Shown here: in pieces, positions 37,798 through 48,823 of the stretch | Layout of the letters: every line of letters begins with the position of its first letter | Numbering within the stretch: the first letter of the stretch is position 1 | NCBI GenBank assembly: GCA_039794085.1 | Contig: JBDIWC010000008.1 | Span: 1 to 64,000 of the forward strand | Source: Gemmatimonadales bacterium | GTDB lineage: Bacteria; Gemmatimonadota; Gemmatimonadetes; Gemmatimonadales; GWC2-71-9 | DNA length: 64,000 nucleotides | Direction of reading: 5' to 3' | The notes under the pieces: model-generated | Told to the model about the DNA's origin: nothing | What the model saw: the letters and a program-made list of their open reading frames with translations, nothing else | The model's database searches: none | Position numbers and translations under genes: made by a program

Positions 37798-38796
37798 ATG
37801 AAGGTATTCATCAGCTGGAGTGGTGAGCGGAGCCACCTTCTTGCGCAGGCGCTGCACGGCTGGCTGCCCCTCGTCTTGCACTATGCCAAGCCTTGGCTGT
37901 CCGAGGCGGACGTCTCGGCGGGCGACCGATGGGCCCAGGCCGTGGCGAAGGAGCTTGAGTCCTCGAATTTCGGCATCATCTGTGTGACCCCGGAGAATCT
38001 CGGCTCTCCATGGGTTCTCTTTGAGGCCGGAGCCCTTGCGAAGTCTATGCAAGGCGCCAAAGTCATCCCGCTGCTCTTCAACTTGGAGTTCAGCGATATC
38101 AGCGGCCCGTTAGCCCAGTTTCAGGCCAAGAAGGTCGAGCGAGGTGGTTTGGCTGAGGTCATCAACTCCCTCAACCAATCAGCGGAACAAGGCGTGCCTG
38201 AGGATCGGGCGAAGCAGCTCTTCGGTGCATTGTGGCCAGAGCTTGAGAAGCAACTGGAATCGATCCCGGACGAGGCGCCTACCGAGAAGCACATGAGGCC
38301 GCAGCACGAGATCATGGAAGAGCTTGTGACCGGTGTCCGAGGACTCGACGTGCGATTTCGAGACCTCGAAGCCTCCGTTTCAGAGCCGAGCCTCCGGTCG
38401 CGTCGCCGCCGATTCCGCCACTTCCATCCAATGATGTTTGACGAAATGGCGATGATGGTCTCCGAGGAAGGGGACGACCCCATCTCGCTTCTCATGTTTG
38501 GTGGACTCCTCCGAGACGATTTCCCTTGGCTGTACGAGATTATCGTTGAGGCCTACCGTGAGGTCCGAGATGGGGACGAGAAGGCGGCACAGAAGGCAAT
38601 CGACCGCCTTCGTCGCGTCATGAAGGCCGTTGGCCGCGGTCAGTTTATGGAGGAGTTCGCCGGGTCGAAGGAAGGACACATGATGATGATGGAGATGCCA
38701 ATGATGCTGGACCACTTTCTACATCGCTTCGAGTCTCGCCGGCTCAAAGGTAAGCCCGACACGGACGCGGGCGCGGCGGATGATTCCAAGGAGTAA
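37798..38796 (+). CDS. TIR-domain protein (cassette)
   Basis: MKVFISWSG...GDRW...FGIICVTPENLGSPWVLFEAGAL, with the catalytic-position Glu. Confidence 0.92.
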   Translation: MKVFISWSGERSHLLAQALHGWLPLVLHYAKPWLSEADVSAGDRWAQAVAKELESSNFGIICVTPENLGSPWVLFEAGALAKSMQGAKVIPLLFNLEFSDISGPLAQFQAKKVERGGLAEVINSLNQSAEQGVPEDRAKQLFGALWPELEKQLESIPDEAPTEKHMRPQHEIMEELVTGVRGLDVRFRDLEASVSEPSLRSRRRRFRHFHPMMFDEMAMMVSEEGDDPISLLMFGGLLRDDFPWLYEIIVEAYREVRDGDEKAAQKAIDRLRRVMKAVGRGQFMEEFAGSKEGHMMMMEMPMMLDHFLHRFESRRLKGKPDTDAGAADDSKE

Positions 38797-38798
38797 CC

Positions 38799-38859
38799 GC
38801 CTAACAGCAGCATGAGGAGGCCGGGCGCCGCGCGCCGCCGCTGATGCTGAGCGTTACGT
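38799..38859 (+). other. attC site
   Basis: R'' GCCTAAC; CAGCAT/ATGCTG L boxes; R' GTTACGT. Confidence 0.8.
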
Positions 38860-38887
38860 AGCAACAACCTTCGGCGGACGGCAGCGC

Positions 38888-39415
38888 ATGGCGACAATAC
38901 TAGAACGCCAGAAAGCGGCTCAGATGCGCGCCGCCGAACGCGCCACGAAACGGGCGCTGTCGCTCTCAATTGCGCTACTTCGTGCCGACGCTCTCTACGA
39001 AGCGTTCACGACCGCAGCCAAAGACGTCGATGCGGCGGATGCCGGCGCGCGCGCAGAAGCGAGTGATGCAGCGCTCAAGCTGCGCAACACCGCATTCTCT
39101 CGCGCCGACGCAATGGCAACGGTGCATTTCGGTGCCCTCTACGCTGTCGCCGATAAATGGCAGGAATGGAAGTTCAGCGACCCAACGGTCGACAAACTCC
39201 TCGCCGATCCAAACCTCACGTTGCTAAAACAACATCGCCACGCGGTGTTTCACGCTGATCACTACGACCACGGGAGCTTCAAAGCTCTCGGAGAAAAGCC
39301 CGGCGCCTTTGAGTGGGCCGCGCGCACCGCCGCCGCCATCCGGGCGTACCTGAAGCGGTTTCACGCCGATCCGGCCAAGCATGTCATCGACCACATCAAG
39401 CGCACCGGCTGGTAG
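38888..39415 (+). CDS. Hypothetical cassette protein, possibly HEPN-like
   Basis: Helical ORF bounded by attC sites; RHAVFH motif. Confidence 0.75.
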   Translation: MATILERQKAAQMRAAERATKRALSLSIALLRADALYEAFTTAAKDVDAADAGARAEASDAALKLRNTAFSRADAMATVHFGALYAVADKWQEWKFSDPTVDKLLADPNLTLLKQHRHAVFHADHYDHGSFKALGEKPGAFEWAARTAAAIRAYLKRFHADPAKHVIDHIKRTGW

Positions 39416-39436
39416 TGCGCGGTGCCGCGCGCCGCT

Positions 39437-39541
39437 TCCTAACAGGCGTTGATGCTGACCAACGCGGGTCTGTCGGAAGCGGTGGCTTGCGTTGCCGCAT
39501 TTTGTTGATAAGCGTTGGCAGCATAACACTATTCGTTAGCA
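39437..39541 (+). other. attC site (terminal)
   Basis: R'' TCCTAAC; TTGATGCTGACCAACGC pairs with GCGTTGGCAGCATAA; R' GTTAGCA overlaps the fadD stop. Confidence 0.85.
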
Positions 39542-41110
39542 GCCCGGAGTGCCGGCGCGGGGCAGCATCGAAGCCTGGGGGTCGCCGGCCAGTTGATCCC
39601 TGATCATCCGCCGCCTCAGCTTTCCCGAGGGACCCCGCGGTAGTACCGACACAAACAGAACCCGGCGCGGAACCTTGTAGGGCGCGAGACGACCCCGGCA
39701 GTGGGCAATTAAGGACTCGGCTCCGACTTCCACCCCGGGACAAAGGACCACGACCGCCACCACCTCCTCGTCGAGCCGGTGATCGGGCACACCCACCACG
39801 GCCGCATCGGCCACGGCGGGATGCGCGAGCAACACTTCCTCCACCTCCCGCGGCGACACGTTGAATCCGCCGTGGAGGATGAGATCCTTCTTCCGGTCCA
39901 CGATGAAGTAGTCCCCGTCCTCATCCCGTGTCGCGATGTCCCCGGTGCGGAGCCATCCATCATGAAGCGCCTCGGCCGTGGCCTGGAGCTGGTTCCAGTA
40001 TCCCTTCATGAGCAGAGGTCCGCGGATTTCGATCTCCCCCCGCACTCCACACTCGCCGAGCACCTGTCCCCCGTCATCCACCAACCGGAACTCCACGCCG
40101 TCGAGCGGGATCCCGATGCTCCCCGCCTTGCGCGGCCGACCGATCCGGTTCTGCGACGCCACCGGTGACGTTTCGCTCAGGCCGTACCCCTCCAGCACGG
40201 CCACTCCGAAGCAAGCCTCGAAGGCGCGCATGACCTCCGCCGGCATCGGGGCCGCCCCCGAGATACACTGCCGAAGGGAGACGGGTACCGGAAGCCTAAG
40301 TTCCTCCACATAGCGGTACAGCGAGAGGTACATGACCGGCACGGCGGCGAGGAACGTGACCGCGTGACGATGTATCGCCTCCATCGCCGCGGCCGGAGTG
40401 AAGCGCGGCAGGAGCACGGAGGTGCCCCCCGCCAGGAGAACCGCATGCTGGATGACCGTGTGTCCAAAGCTGTGGAAGAGCGGGAGCACGCCGAGTGCCA
40501 CCGTGGCCGGGCCATCCGGCAGGAAACCCGCTGCCACGGCACGCGCATTCCAGAGGAGGCTCCCGTGGGAGAGTTCCACTCCCTTGGGGCGCCCGGTGGT
40601 ACCGGAGGTGTAGAGAATGAGCGCGGTGTCCTCCGGGCCCGCGTCGTGTCCCGTCACCACAGGTTCAGCGGCACAGGCCTCATCCCAGCGAGTCACACCT
40701 GGATCAGGACCCGAGGGGACGGCTCCCACCGCGATCACGGGCACCGCCACTCCCATCCGATCAAGAGCGCCACGCGCCGCTCCGAGAGACTCGACCGACG
40801 CGACGACCAAACGCACTCCCGCGTCGGAAAACTGCCACCCCAGCTCGTCGGCCGTGAGCTGCGGGTTGAGAGGGACGAGTATGCACCCCGCCTCGTGTCC
40901 GGCGAAACAGGCCACCGTGAACTCAGCACAGTTGGGAAGAAGAATCGCGAGTCGATCCCCGGGGTGCAGCCCGATCTGACGAAGATGGGCCGCGAGACCC
41001 ACCGCCGTTTCGTGAAGCCGCCGGGCGGTCCAAATCTCGTTCCGGACGATGAGGGCAGGATGGTCGGGGGACGTGCGAACCCGATCCCGGAGGATGGAGG
41101 CGAGGGTCAT
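39536..41110 (-). CDS. Long-chain-fatty-acid--CoA ligase (FadD-like)
   Basis: YTSGTTGRPKG, EGYGLSE, TGD, DRKKD and PSGK motifs. Confidence 0.92.
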   Translation of the reverse strand: MTLASILRDRVRTSPDHPALIVRNEIWTARRLHETAVGLAAHLRQIGLHPGDRLAILLPNCAEFTVACFAGHEAGCILVPLNPQLTADELGWQFSDAGVRLVVASVESLGAARGALDRMGVAVPVIAVGAVPSGPDPGVTRWDEACAAEPVVTGHDAGPEDTALILYTSGTTGRPKGVELSHGSLLWNARAVAAGFLPDGPATVALGVLPLFHSFGHTVIQHAVLLAGGTSVLLPRFTPAAAMEAIHRHAVTFLAAVPVMYLSLYRYVEELRLPVPVSLRQCISGAAPMPAEVMRAFEACFGVAVLEGYGLSETSPVASQNRIGRPRKAGSIGIPLDGVEFRLVDDGGQVLGECGVRGEIEIRGPLLMKGYWNQLQATAEALHDGWLRTGDIATRDEDGDYFIVDRKKDLILHGGFNVSPREVEEVLLAHPAVADAAVVGVPDHRLDEEVVAVVVLCPGVEVGAESLIAHCRGRLAPYKVPRRVLFVSVLPRGPSGKLRRRMIRDQLAGDPQASMLPRAGTPGC

Positions 41111-41134
41111 GCGGGGGACGGGTGGAGCGGCGGG

Positions 41135-43426
41135 TCAGCCGCAGTATTCGTCGAGCTGTTCAAATCCGATCAACGTCTCGCGCGGCTTGCTTCCATCGGG
41201 CGGGCCGAGAATGCCGGCCGCGTGGAGCTGGTCGATGATCCGGGCGGCCCGGCCATACCCGATCCGCATCTTGCGCTGCAGGAGAGAGGTCGAGCCCCCC
41301 TGCTGCTGCAGGCAGATCTCGGCCGCCTCCCGGAACAGGGGATCGCGTTCCTCACCCGAGCCACCGTCCGCCGGCCCCCCCCCCTCCCGTTCCGCCTCCT
41401 GGGCCCGGATGAACTCCAGGATGTCGACCTCGGCCGCGGCACCCGCCTCCGCCTCCGCCACCCGGGCATCGCGCCGGGTCTCGAACCAGTCCATCACCCG
41501 CTCGGTCTCCTCGGTGGCGATGTAGGCCCCCTGCAGACGCATCGGCTCGCTCTTGCCCGGCGGGAGGAAGAGCATGTCCCCGTTGCCGAGCAGCGCCTCG
41601 GCGCCGTTCTGGTCGAGGATGGTCCGACTGTCCACCTTCGAGGCCACGCGGAAGGCGATCCGGCTCGGGAAGTTGGCCTTGATGAGTCCGGTCAGCACGT
41701 TCACGGAGGGGCGCTGAGTGGCGAGAATCAGGTGGATGCCGATGGCGCGCGCCTTCTGGGCCAGCATGGCGAGGGGAGTCTCGACCTCGCCCTGGACCGT
41801 CATCATCAGGTCGGCGAGCTCATCCACGATCACCACAACGAAAGGGAGCACTCCGTCGGAGTACTCGACCGGAACCGTCTCGGGAGGCGGGGTATCCGGA
41901 GCCTCCGCCGCGATCGTTTCGAGTGTGATCCGGGGCGGTTCGGGATGCCGGAGCGGCTTCCCCTCCACCACCTTGCGGTTGAAGTCTCCGATGTTCCGGG
42001 CCCCGTTGGCATGGAGCAACTCGTAGCGCCGGTTCATCTCGTGAACCGCCCATTTGAGAACCCGGGCGGCGTCGTGGTTGTTGGTCACCACCCGATGCCG
42101 GAGGTGCGGGAGGGCGTTGTACATCGACAGTTCGACCATCTTCGGGTCGACCATCAGGAACCGCAACTCGGCGGGCGTATACTGATAGACCAGGCTGGTG
42201 ATGATCGTGTTGATCGCCACCGACTTCCCCGCCCCGGTGGCGCCGGCGATCAGCAGGTGGGGCATCTTGGAGAGGTCGGCGATGACCGGCTTCCCCTCCA
42301 GGTCCCGGCCCAGCGCGAGGGGAAGCGTGGCGCGGGTCCGTTGCCACTCCGGGGTGTCGAGCAGTTCCCGCAGGGAGACCATGCGCGGCGTCGGGTTGGG
42401 AACCTCCACACCCACGGCGCCCTTGCCGGGGATCGGTGCCACCCGGATGCTCGGCGCCCGCATCTTGATGGCCAGGTCGTCGGAGAGCCCCATGATCCGG
42501 TTGACCTTCACCCCGGCGGCGGGGATCACCTCGAACTGGGTCACCACCGGACCGCTGGTGCGCCCGGCGATCTCCCCGTCCACCTTGAAGGTGCGCAGAG
42601 TGTCCAGCAGCAGCACCCCGAGCCGGTCGAGCTGCGCGCTGTCTTCGGCCACGTTGGTGACGGGGGGAAGTTCGAGAAGTTCCAGCGGGGGGAGTTCCGT
42701 CTCGTCGTCCTCCACGCCCTTCCGGAGCGCGGGCGGTGCGGGTGCCCGCTTCGCCGCACGGGGGTGCGGCTCGGTCTCCGGGAGTACCGTCAGCGGCGCC
42801 CCCAGTGCCTCCACGGCGAAGGAGGCCGGAATCACCCCATTCCCCTCCTCTTCCAGGGTTACTTCGGTCGCCTCGACCGCAGGCGCTTTCCGGGCCCGGC
42901 GCCGCGGCACGGGCTCCGGATCGGGGTCGGGGTCGGCCTTTCGTTCCAGGCGGTGGAGGGGATGCCAGGCGATCGTCATCAGGGTCAGCGCCGAGAGGGC
43001 CAGAAATCCCACCAGGATTCCCCCGGGCTCCCCCACCACCTGCACCATTCCCCGGGCCACGAAGCCGGGGAGAATGCCGGTCAAGCGCGCGGCGAGGGAC
43101 CATTCAGCCCAGGGTCCCAGAAAGGCTTCCGCATCGACCCCGGTCAACACTCCGGCCAGGAAGGGAACGAGCAGGCTCAGACCGAGACCGAGCGCTGCCG
43201 CCCGCTTCATGTCGAGGCGCGGGAGCCGATCGAACCCGGCGAGGCCCAGCCCCAGGCCCAGCAGGGGAACCCCCACGGCGCCGATACCGATTCCCTGCCA
43301 GAGGGTCCCGCCCAGGAGGGCCCCGAGCGGGCCGGTCGGGATGGCGGGTATCAAGGCAAGGCCGGCGAACACGCCGAGCACCAGGGCGGTGATCGCGCCG
43401 AGCCGCCGGCGATCCTCCGGTCTCAT
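41135..43426 (-). CDS. ftsK: DNA translocase FtsK
   Basis: TM N-terminus; PHLLIAGATGAGKS, DELADLMM and TQRPS motifs; gamma domain GYGRAARIIDQL. Confidence 0.95.
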   Translation of the reverse strand: MRPEDRRRLGAITALVLGVFAGLALIPAIPTGPLGALLGGTLWQGIGIGAVGVPLLGLGLGLAGFDRLPRLDMKRAAALGLGLSLLVPFLAGVLTGVDAEAFLGPWAEWSLAARLTGILPGFVARGMVQVVGEPGGILVGFLALSALTLMTIAWHPLHRLERKADPDPDPEPVPRRRARKAPAVEATEVTLEEEGNGVIPASFAVEALGAPLTVLPETEPHPRAAKRAPAPPALRKGVEDDETELPPLELLELPPVTNVAEDSAQLDRLGVLLLDTLRTFKVDGEIAGRTSGPVVTQFEVIPAAGVKVNRIMGLSDDLAIKMRAPSIRVAPIPGKGAVGVEVPNPTPRMVSLRELLDTPEWQRTRATLPLALGRDLEGKPVIADLSKMPHLLIAGATGAGKSVAINTIITSLVYQYTPAELRFLMVDPKMVELSMYNALPHLRHRVVTNNHDAARVLKWAVHEMNRRYELLHANGARNIGDFNRKVVEGKPLRHPEPPRITLETIAAEAPDTPPPETVPVEYSDGVLPFVVVIVDELADLMMTVQGEVETPLAMLAQKARAIGIHLILATQRPSVNVLTGLIKANFPSRIAFRVASKVDSRTILDQNGAEALLGNGDMLFLPPGKSEPMRLQGAYIATEETERVMDWFETRRDARVAEAEAGAAAEVDILEFIRAQEAEREGGGPADGGSGEERDPLFREAAEICLQQQGGSTSLLQRKMRIGYGRAARIIDQLHAAGILGPPDGSKPRETLIGFEQLDEYCG

Positions 43427-44181
43427 CCGGCCGCCGCCGTACCTGGGGACACCGGCAGGGTGACCCGGCGTTCCATGAACAGGGGAAGCACCGACAGGGT
43501 GCTCTCGGCCGCCACGGCCACGAGGTCCTCTCCCAATCCGTTTCTCATCAGGTCCCGGCCGGCCCGGGAGCGTTCGAGGGGTCGTGTCCAGTTGTGCCCG
43601 TAACGGCGGACCAGATCGAGGCCGACCTGCGCGGCATCATTCAGGCCCCGGCGGATCCACCGACGGCCCAACGCCTCGAACAGCAGGCGCCCCGCGGTGT
43701 AGGCATCCTCCAAGGCAAAGGCGGATTCCCGGCCGGCACAGAGGATGAGCAGGGACCGGGTGTCGGCGATCAGTTCCCGGGCCCGGCGGGCCGCGGTCTC
43801 GAGGTTGAGTGGAGAGGCGACGAGAACCACCGAGGCGCCCTGGGTGGCGAGCAGCGCCCCGGTCCCGTTCGTGGTGCACATGACGAGTGTCTTCCCCGCC
43901 ACGACATCCGGGGTCATCTCGCGCGGGCTGTTTCCGAGAGCGAACCCCTCGATGCGAACCGTATTCCTCTCGCCGGCGAGGAGGACGTCCGCGTTCTCGA
44001 GGTTTTGCGCGATCCGGATCGCATCTTCGGTGGAGGCGGCGGGAATGACCGCCCGAGCCCCCGCCGCGAGGGCCGCGCAGATGGTGCTCGTGGCGCGAAG
44101 GGTGTCGATGACGACGACCGGTCGCCCATGCACGTCGTTGGCGGCCAGACCGTGCGGAGTGAAGGCGACGTCGAGTCTCAT
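43423..44181 (-). CDS. comB: 2-phosphosulfolactate phosphatase (ComB family)
   Basis: [17 protein letters not shown] and TTNGT motifs. Confidence 0.9.
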   Translation of the reverse strand: MRLDVAFTPHGLAANDVHGRPVVVIDTLRATSTICAALAAGARAVIPAASTEDAIRIAQNLENADVLLAGERNTVRIEGFALGNSPREMTPDVVAGKTLVMCTTNGTGALLATQGASVVLVASPLNLETAARRARELIADTRSLLILCAGRESAFALEDAYTAGRLLFEALGRRWIRRGLNDAAQVGLDLVRRYGHNWTRPLERSRAGRDLMRNGLGEDLVAVAAESTLSVLPLFMERRVTLPVSPGTAAAG

Positions 44182-45533
44182 TCCTCGGGGCGGAGCAACT
44201 GGGACTCCCGCTCCAGGAACCGGGTGTCCACGCTCCCCGCGACAAAATCGGGGTGACGGATCACCCGCGCCAGGAACGGGATGGTGGTCATCACGCCTTC
44301 CAGGATGAAGCTGTCCAGGGCCTGCCCCATCCGGGCGAGCGCCTCCGGCCGGTCCCGGCCGTGTACGATGACCTTGGCCAGCAGCGAATCGTAATGGGGA
44401 GGCACCGTGTACCCGGCATACACATGGGTGTCCACTCGCACCCCGGGCCCCCCGGGAGGATGATAGGCCGTGATCACTCCCGGACAGGGCTGGAAGTTCC
44501 GGTAGGGGTCCTCCGCATTCACCCGGCACTCGATGGCGTGACCGCGCAGGCCATTCGGTTCCTGGATGCTGAGCGGTTCTCCCGCCGCCACCCGGATCTG
44601 TTCCTTCACGATGTCGCACCCGGTGACCATTTCGGTCACCGGATGCTCCACCTGGATACGGGTGTTCATCTCCATGAAGTAGAAGCTGCCGTCGGTGTCG
44701 AGCAGAAACTCGATCGTGCCGGCACCGACGTACCCGATGGCGGAGGCGAGCCGAACGGCGGCGTCCCCCATGTCGCGGCGGAGAGTGTCCGTGAGCGCGG
44801 GGCTCGGGCTCTCCTCGATCAGTTTCTGGTGGCGTCGCTGGACGGAACAATCGCGCTCGCCGAGGTGAATCACCGTCCCATGCTGATCCCCGAGGATCTG
44901 GATCTCGACATGCCGGGGACGCTGCAGGTACTTCTCGACGTAGACATCGCCGTTGCCGAAGGCGCTGAGGGCCTCGTTCTGCGCCAGGCCGAAGAGCTGC
45001 AGGAAGTTGTCCTCGGACGAAGCGATCCGCATCCCCTTCCCTCCCCCTCCCGCCGTGGCCTTGATGATGACGGGGAAGCCGATGTCCCGGGCCACGGCGA
45101 GCGCGTCCTCCGGATCCTGCATCACTCCGGGGGATCCCGGCACGGTCGGGACGCCCGCCTCGGCGGCCAGGCGCCGCGCCGAAGCCTTGTCGCCCATCTG
45201 GCGGATCTGCTCTCCGGTCGGGCCGATGAACGTGATGTTCGATGCGGCACAGGTATCGGCGAATTCGGCGTTCTCGGCGAGGAAACCATACCCCGGGTGA
45301 ATGGCGTCGGCACCCGTGATTTCCGCGGCCGCGATGAGCCGGGGGATCTTCAGGTAGGACAAGCGCGCCGGTGCCGGTCCGATGCACACGTCATCGTCCG
45401 CGAAGCGGACGTGCAACGATTCGCGGTCGGCCTCGGAATACACGGCCACGGTCTGGATTCCCAGTTCCCGGCATGCGCGAATGACCCGCAGCGCGATTTC
45501 ACCGCGGTTGGCGACGAGCACCTTCCGGAACAT
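44178..45533 (-). CDS. accC: Acetyl-CoA carboxylase biotin carboxylase subunit
   Basis: [25 protein letters not shown] and [14 protein letters not shown] motifs. Confidence 0.96.
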   Translation of the reverse strand: MFRKVLVANRGEIALRVIRACRELGIQTVAVYSEADRESLHVRFADDDVCIGPAPARLSYLKIPRLIAAAEITGADAIHPGYGFLAENAEFADTCAASNITFIGPTGEQIRQMGDKASARRLAAEAGVPTVPGSPGVMQDPEDALAVARDIGFPVIIKATAGGGGKGMRIASSEDNFLQLFGLAQNEALSAFGNGDVYVEKYLQRPRHVEIQILGDQHGTVIHLGERDCSVQRRHQKLIEESPSPALTDTLRRDMGDAAVRLASAIGYVGAGTIEFLLDTDGSFYFMEMNTRIQVEHPVTEMVTGCDIVKEQIRVAAGEPLSIQEPNGLRGHAIECRVNAEDPYRNFQPCPGVITAYHPPGGPGVRVDTHVYAGYTVPPHYDSLLAKVIVHGRDRPEALARMGQALDSFILEGVMTTIPFLARVIRHPDFVAGSVDTRFLERESQLLRPEE

Positions 45534-45535
45534 GG

Positions 45536-46708
45536 TCAGCGCGCGGGGTCGGAGGTTCGCTGCACCTCGCCGAGTCCATCACGGTCGGCCGAGGAGGCGG
45601 AATGGATGCCGGAGGCGCGGAGCGCGAACTCACTCGGATTGGTGGAGTAGAACATGGCGCTTTCGTAGGTGATGACTCCGGTATTGTACCAGTTCATCAG
45701 GGATTGATCGAACGATTGCATCTGGTAGGAGACCATTCCCTCGGCGATCAGGTCGGGAATGCTGAGCGTCTTCTGTACGTCCCGCAGGCTCTCCGAAACC
45801 GCCGCGGTGTTGATGAGTACCTCGGCTGCGGGGACCCGTCCGGTCCCGTCGGACCGAGGAACCAGCCGGAGACTGACGATGGCCGCCAGCGCGGTGGAGA
45901 GCAGCATCCGGATTTCCTGATGCTGGTGAGGCGGGTAGAAGGACAGCACGCGGTTGATGGTCTGGGTGGCGTCGGTGGTGTGCAGGGTCGAGAACACGAG
46001 GTGCCCGGTATCGGCCGCCTTGAGAGCCGTGTCCAGGGTGTCGAGATCGCGGATCTCGCCCAGAAGGATCACATCGGGATCCTGCCGCAGCACGTGGCGA
46101 AGCGCCATGCTGAAGGACATGGTGTCGCTTCCCACTTCGCGTTGCGAAATGTTGGACAGCTGGTCCCGGTGCAGAAACTCGATCGGATCCTCGATGGTGA
46201 TGACGTTGACCCGGCGATGCCGGTTCAGGTGATTGATCATCGCGGCCAGCGCCGTCGACTTCCCGCTGCCGGTCACCCCGGTGACCAGCACGAGGCCGCG
46301 GGGCTTGAGGGCGATCGTCTCCAGCACCTCGGGCAGATTCAGTTCGTGGATGGCCTTCACCTCATAGGGGATCGCCCGAAAGGCGAAGGCCAGGGTTCCG
46401 CGCTGCTGATAGATGTTGGTCCGGAACCGGCCGACCCCGGGGACACCGATCGCGAAGTCCGCCTCCTTCTTCTCGGAGAACTCCTTGATCTGCCGGGGCG
46501 TCATGATCTGCTCGGCGAGGGTCTTCAACTCCTCGGGACGCACCGGCGCCATGTCGAGGGAGCCAAGTTCCCCGTTAACGCGGACCGTGGGCGGACGGCC
46601 TACCTTGAGCAGGAGATCGCTTCCGCCCTGCTGCACCATCTGGGCGATCGCGCGCTTGAAGCTGAACGGGGGGAGTTCCAGTCCTTCGTCCGCGGGGAGG
46701 TCAGCCAT
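45536..46708 (-). CDS. pilT: Type IV pilus retraction ATPase PilT/PilU family
   Basis: [31 protein letters not shown] and [10 protein letters not shown] motifs. Confidence 0.92.
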   Translation of the reverse strand: MADLPADEGLELPPFSFKRAIAQMVQQGGSDLLLKVGRPPTVRVNGELGSLDMAPVRPEELKTLAEQIMTPRQIKEFSEKKEADFAIGVPGVGRFRTNIYQQRGTLAFAFRAIPYEVKAIHELNLPEVLETIALKPRGLVLVTGVTGSGKSTALAAMINHLNRHRRVNVITIEDPIEFLHRDQLSNISQREVGSDTMSFSMALRHVLRQDPDVILLGEIRDLDTLDTALKAADTGHLVFSTLHTTDATQTINRVLSFYPPHQHQEIRMLLSTALAAIVSLRLVPRSDGTGRVPAAEVLINTAAVSESLRDVQKTLSIPDLIAEGMVSYQMQSFDQSLMNWYNTGVITYESAMFYSTNPSEFALRASGIHSASSADRDGLGEVQRTSDPAR

Positions 46709-47222
46709 GGGGATCCACCCGATAGAGGACCTGGCCGAATTCGACGGGTTGGGAATTCTCCACGCAGATCTCCCGGACCACCCCCCCGAGTTCGGCCTCG
46801 ATCTCGTTCATGATCTTCATTGCCTCGATGATGCACACGGTCTGGCCCGGCGCGATGCGATGGCCGATCCGGACATAAGGATCCGCCCCCGGTTCCGGGG
46901 CCGAGTAGAACGTTCCCACCATCGGGGAGCGGATCTCCTTCAGGGGGGAGGGAGCCGGAGCGGTCTCCGCAGGCGCAGGCACCGGTGCGGTCGAGGCGGC
47001 CGGAGACACCGGTGGCGTTGGCAGCGGCGAGGCGAACGGTGTCGCCGCGGTGCGGGTGATGGTCACCCCCGTTCCGAACAACCCCTTCAACTCGATCGAG
47101 CCGATCTCCGGGGAATCCCGAAGCAGTTGGGCCAACCGGCGGACGTCCTTGATGTCGATCCCCTTCGCCCCGGGAAGTCCCCGGAGGAGGTCGGCGAGTT
47201 GCTGCGTGTCCTCAGGCGTCAT
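46701..47222 (-). CDS. accB: Biotin carboxyl carrier protein
   Basis: SPMVGTFY and EAMKIMNEI motifs. Confidence 0.95.
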   Translation of the reverse strand: MTPEDTQQLADLLRGLPGAKGIDIKDVRRLAQLLRDSPEIGSIELKGLFGTGVTITRTAATPFASPLPTPPVSPAASTAPVPAPAETAPAPSPLKEIRSPMVGTFYSAPEPGADPYVRIGHRIAPGQTVCIIEAMKIMNEIEAELGGVVREICVENSQPVEFGQVLYRVDPHG

Positions 47223-47307
47223 GCGCAGTCAATTTCCGGGCGATGGCGTGCCTCACGAGACGTTGCCCTTGAGGCGCGCACAAGGTTGCAGGTGGGGTGC
47301 CCCGGCG

Positions 47308-48396
47308 TCAGTCCAGGACCATGAGGTCCGGGGCACCACGGGAGAGGCATCGGGGCCCCTCGGGGGTGAGGAAGATGTCGTCCTCCAATCTGACACCTCC
47401 CCAGCCCGGAAGATAGACCCCCGGCTCGATCGTCACCACTGCCCCCGCCGGGATCACCCCCGGGGCGGTCGGGGCCAGCCGCGGCGACTCATGCACTTCC
47501 AGCCCGATCCCATGGCCCAGGGCATGTCCGAAGGCATCGCCGAACCCGGCCGATTCGAGCACTCCGCGCGCCAGGGCGTCGGCCTCCCGGCCGGTCATCC
47601 CGGGCCGGAGCCGGGTGCGGGCCGTGGCCTGGGCTTCCCGCACCGCGCCGTAGACTTCCCGTTGCCGATCGTCGGGCGGAGCCCCGACCACGACGGTGCG
47701 GGTCAGATCGGCACAATACCCACGGCATCGGCTTCCAAAGTCCATCAGGACCAATTCTCCCGTCCCGATGACCCGGTCGGTCGTGCCGGCATGGGGGAGC
47801 GCACTCCGAGGTCCGGAGGCCACAATAGTCGGAAAGGGATGCCACTCGCTTCCCCGTTCCCGGAGGGCCATTTCCAGGCGCGCCGCGACCGAGCGCTCGG
47901 TCTGGCCGGCATGAATCCCGGGGAGCACCGAGTCCAGCGCCGACTCGGCGATCGTGATGGCCTCGGTGATGGCGGCCACCTCGCCGGGATCCTTGACCAC
48001 GCGCATGGTTTCCACGAGATCCTGCACCGGTTCCAGAACGCACCCGCTCAGGGGAGCCAGCCGACGCCGGTCCCGCAGGGAGAGGCTCTCCTCCTCGATT
48101 CCGACCCGACCACCCTCGGGCACGACCGTCTGAATGAGGGAGAGGAGCCGATCCCACACGTTGCGACGCTCCACCACCACCTCGACGCCCGGACCCGTTT
48201 CCGCGGGGGCCTGTTCAGCATAGCGAAAATCGGTGATCAGCAGGGAGGTTTCGGGAGTGATCAGGCCGAGCCCCGCAGTTCCGGAAAAGCCGAGCAGGTA
48301 GCGGATATTGGGAAGGGAGGTGACGAGGAATCCCGCCAACCCGGTGCCGACGAGGTGGTCCTGGCAGGCGCGCAGTCGTGCCGCGTCAGCCGCCAC
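47308..48396 (-). CDS. Xaa-Pro aminopeptidase (M24B)
   Basis: [22 protein letters not shown] and GVRLED motifs; start approximate. Confidence 0.9.
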   Translation of the reverse strand: MAADAARLRACQDHLVGTGLAGFLVTSLPNIRYLLGFSGTAGLGLITPETSLLITDFRYAEQAPAETGPGVEVVVERRNVWDRLLSLIQTVVPEGGRVGIEEESLSLRDRRRLAPLSGCVLEPVQDLVETMRVVKDPGEVAAITEAITIAESALDSVLPGIHAGQTERSVAARLEMALRERGSEWHPFPTIVASGPRSALPHAGTTDRVIGTGELVLMDFGSRCRGYCADLTRTVVVGAPPDDRQREVYGAVREAQATARTRLRPGMTGREADALARGVLESAGFGDAFGHALGHGIGLEVHESPRLAPTAPGVIPAGAVVTIEPGVYLPGWGGVRLEDDIFLTPEGPRCLSRGAPDLMVLD

Positions 48397-48823
48397 CGAA
48401 CCGCCGGTGGAGGGCGTGAAGTGCCGCCACGTAGCCATCGGCTCCGAGGCCCGAGACCACACCCACCGCCAGATCGGCCATCAGAGACCGGTGCCGCATC
48501 GGCTCCCGGGCGAAGACGTTGGACAAGTGGACTTCCACGAAAGGAATGCGCACGGCCAGGAGGGCATCCCGGATCGCCATGCTGGTGTGGGTGTACGCCC
48601 CCGCATTCAGGATCAGGGCATCGGCCGAGCCGGACAGCGCCTGGATCCGATCCACCAACTCTCCTTCATGGTTCGACTGGCTGCAGGAGAGGGTGATTCC
48701 CAGAGGCTGGGCGGCCGCCCGGATTCCCGCCTCCAGATCCGCCAGGGTGGCCGCGCCGTACACCTCGGGTTCACGCACCCCGAGAAGATTGAGGTTGGGC
48801 CCGTGGATGACGGCGATGCGCAC
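48386..48823 (-). CDS. aroQ: Type II 3-dehydroquinate dehydratase
   Basis: [17 protein letters not shown] and EVHLSN motifs. Confidence 0.95.
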   Translation of the reverse strand: MRIAVIHGPNLNLLGVREPEVYGAATLADLEAGIRAAAQPLGITLSCSQSNHEGELVDRIQALSGSADALILNAGAYTHTSMAIRDALLAVRIPFVEVHLSNVFAREPMRHRSLMADLAVGVVSGLGADGYVAALHALHRRFGGG

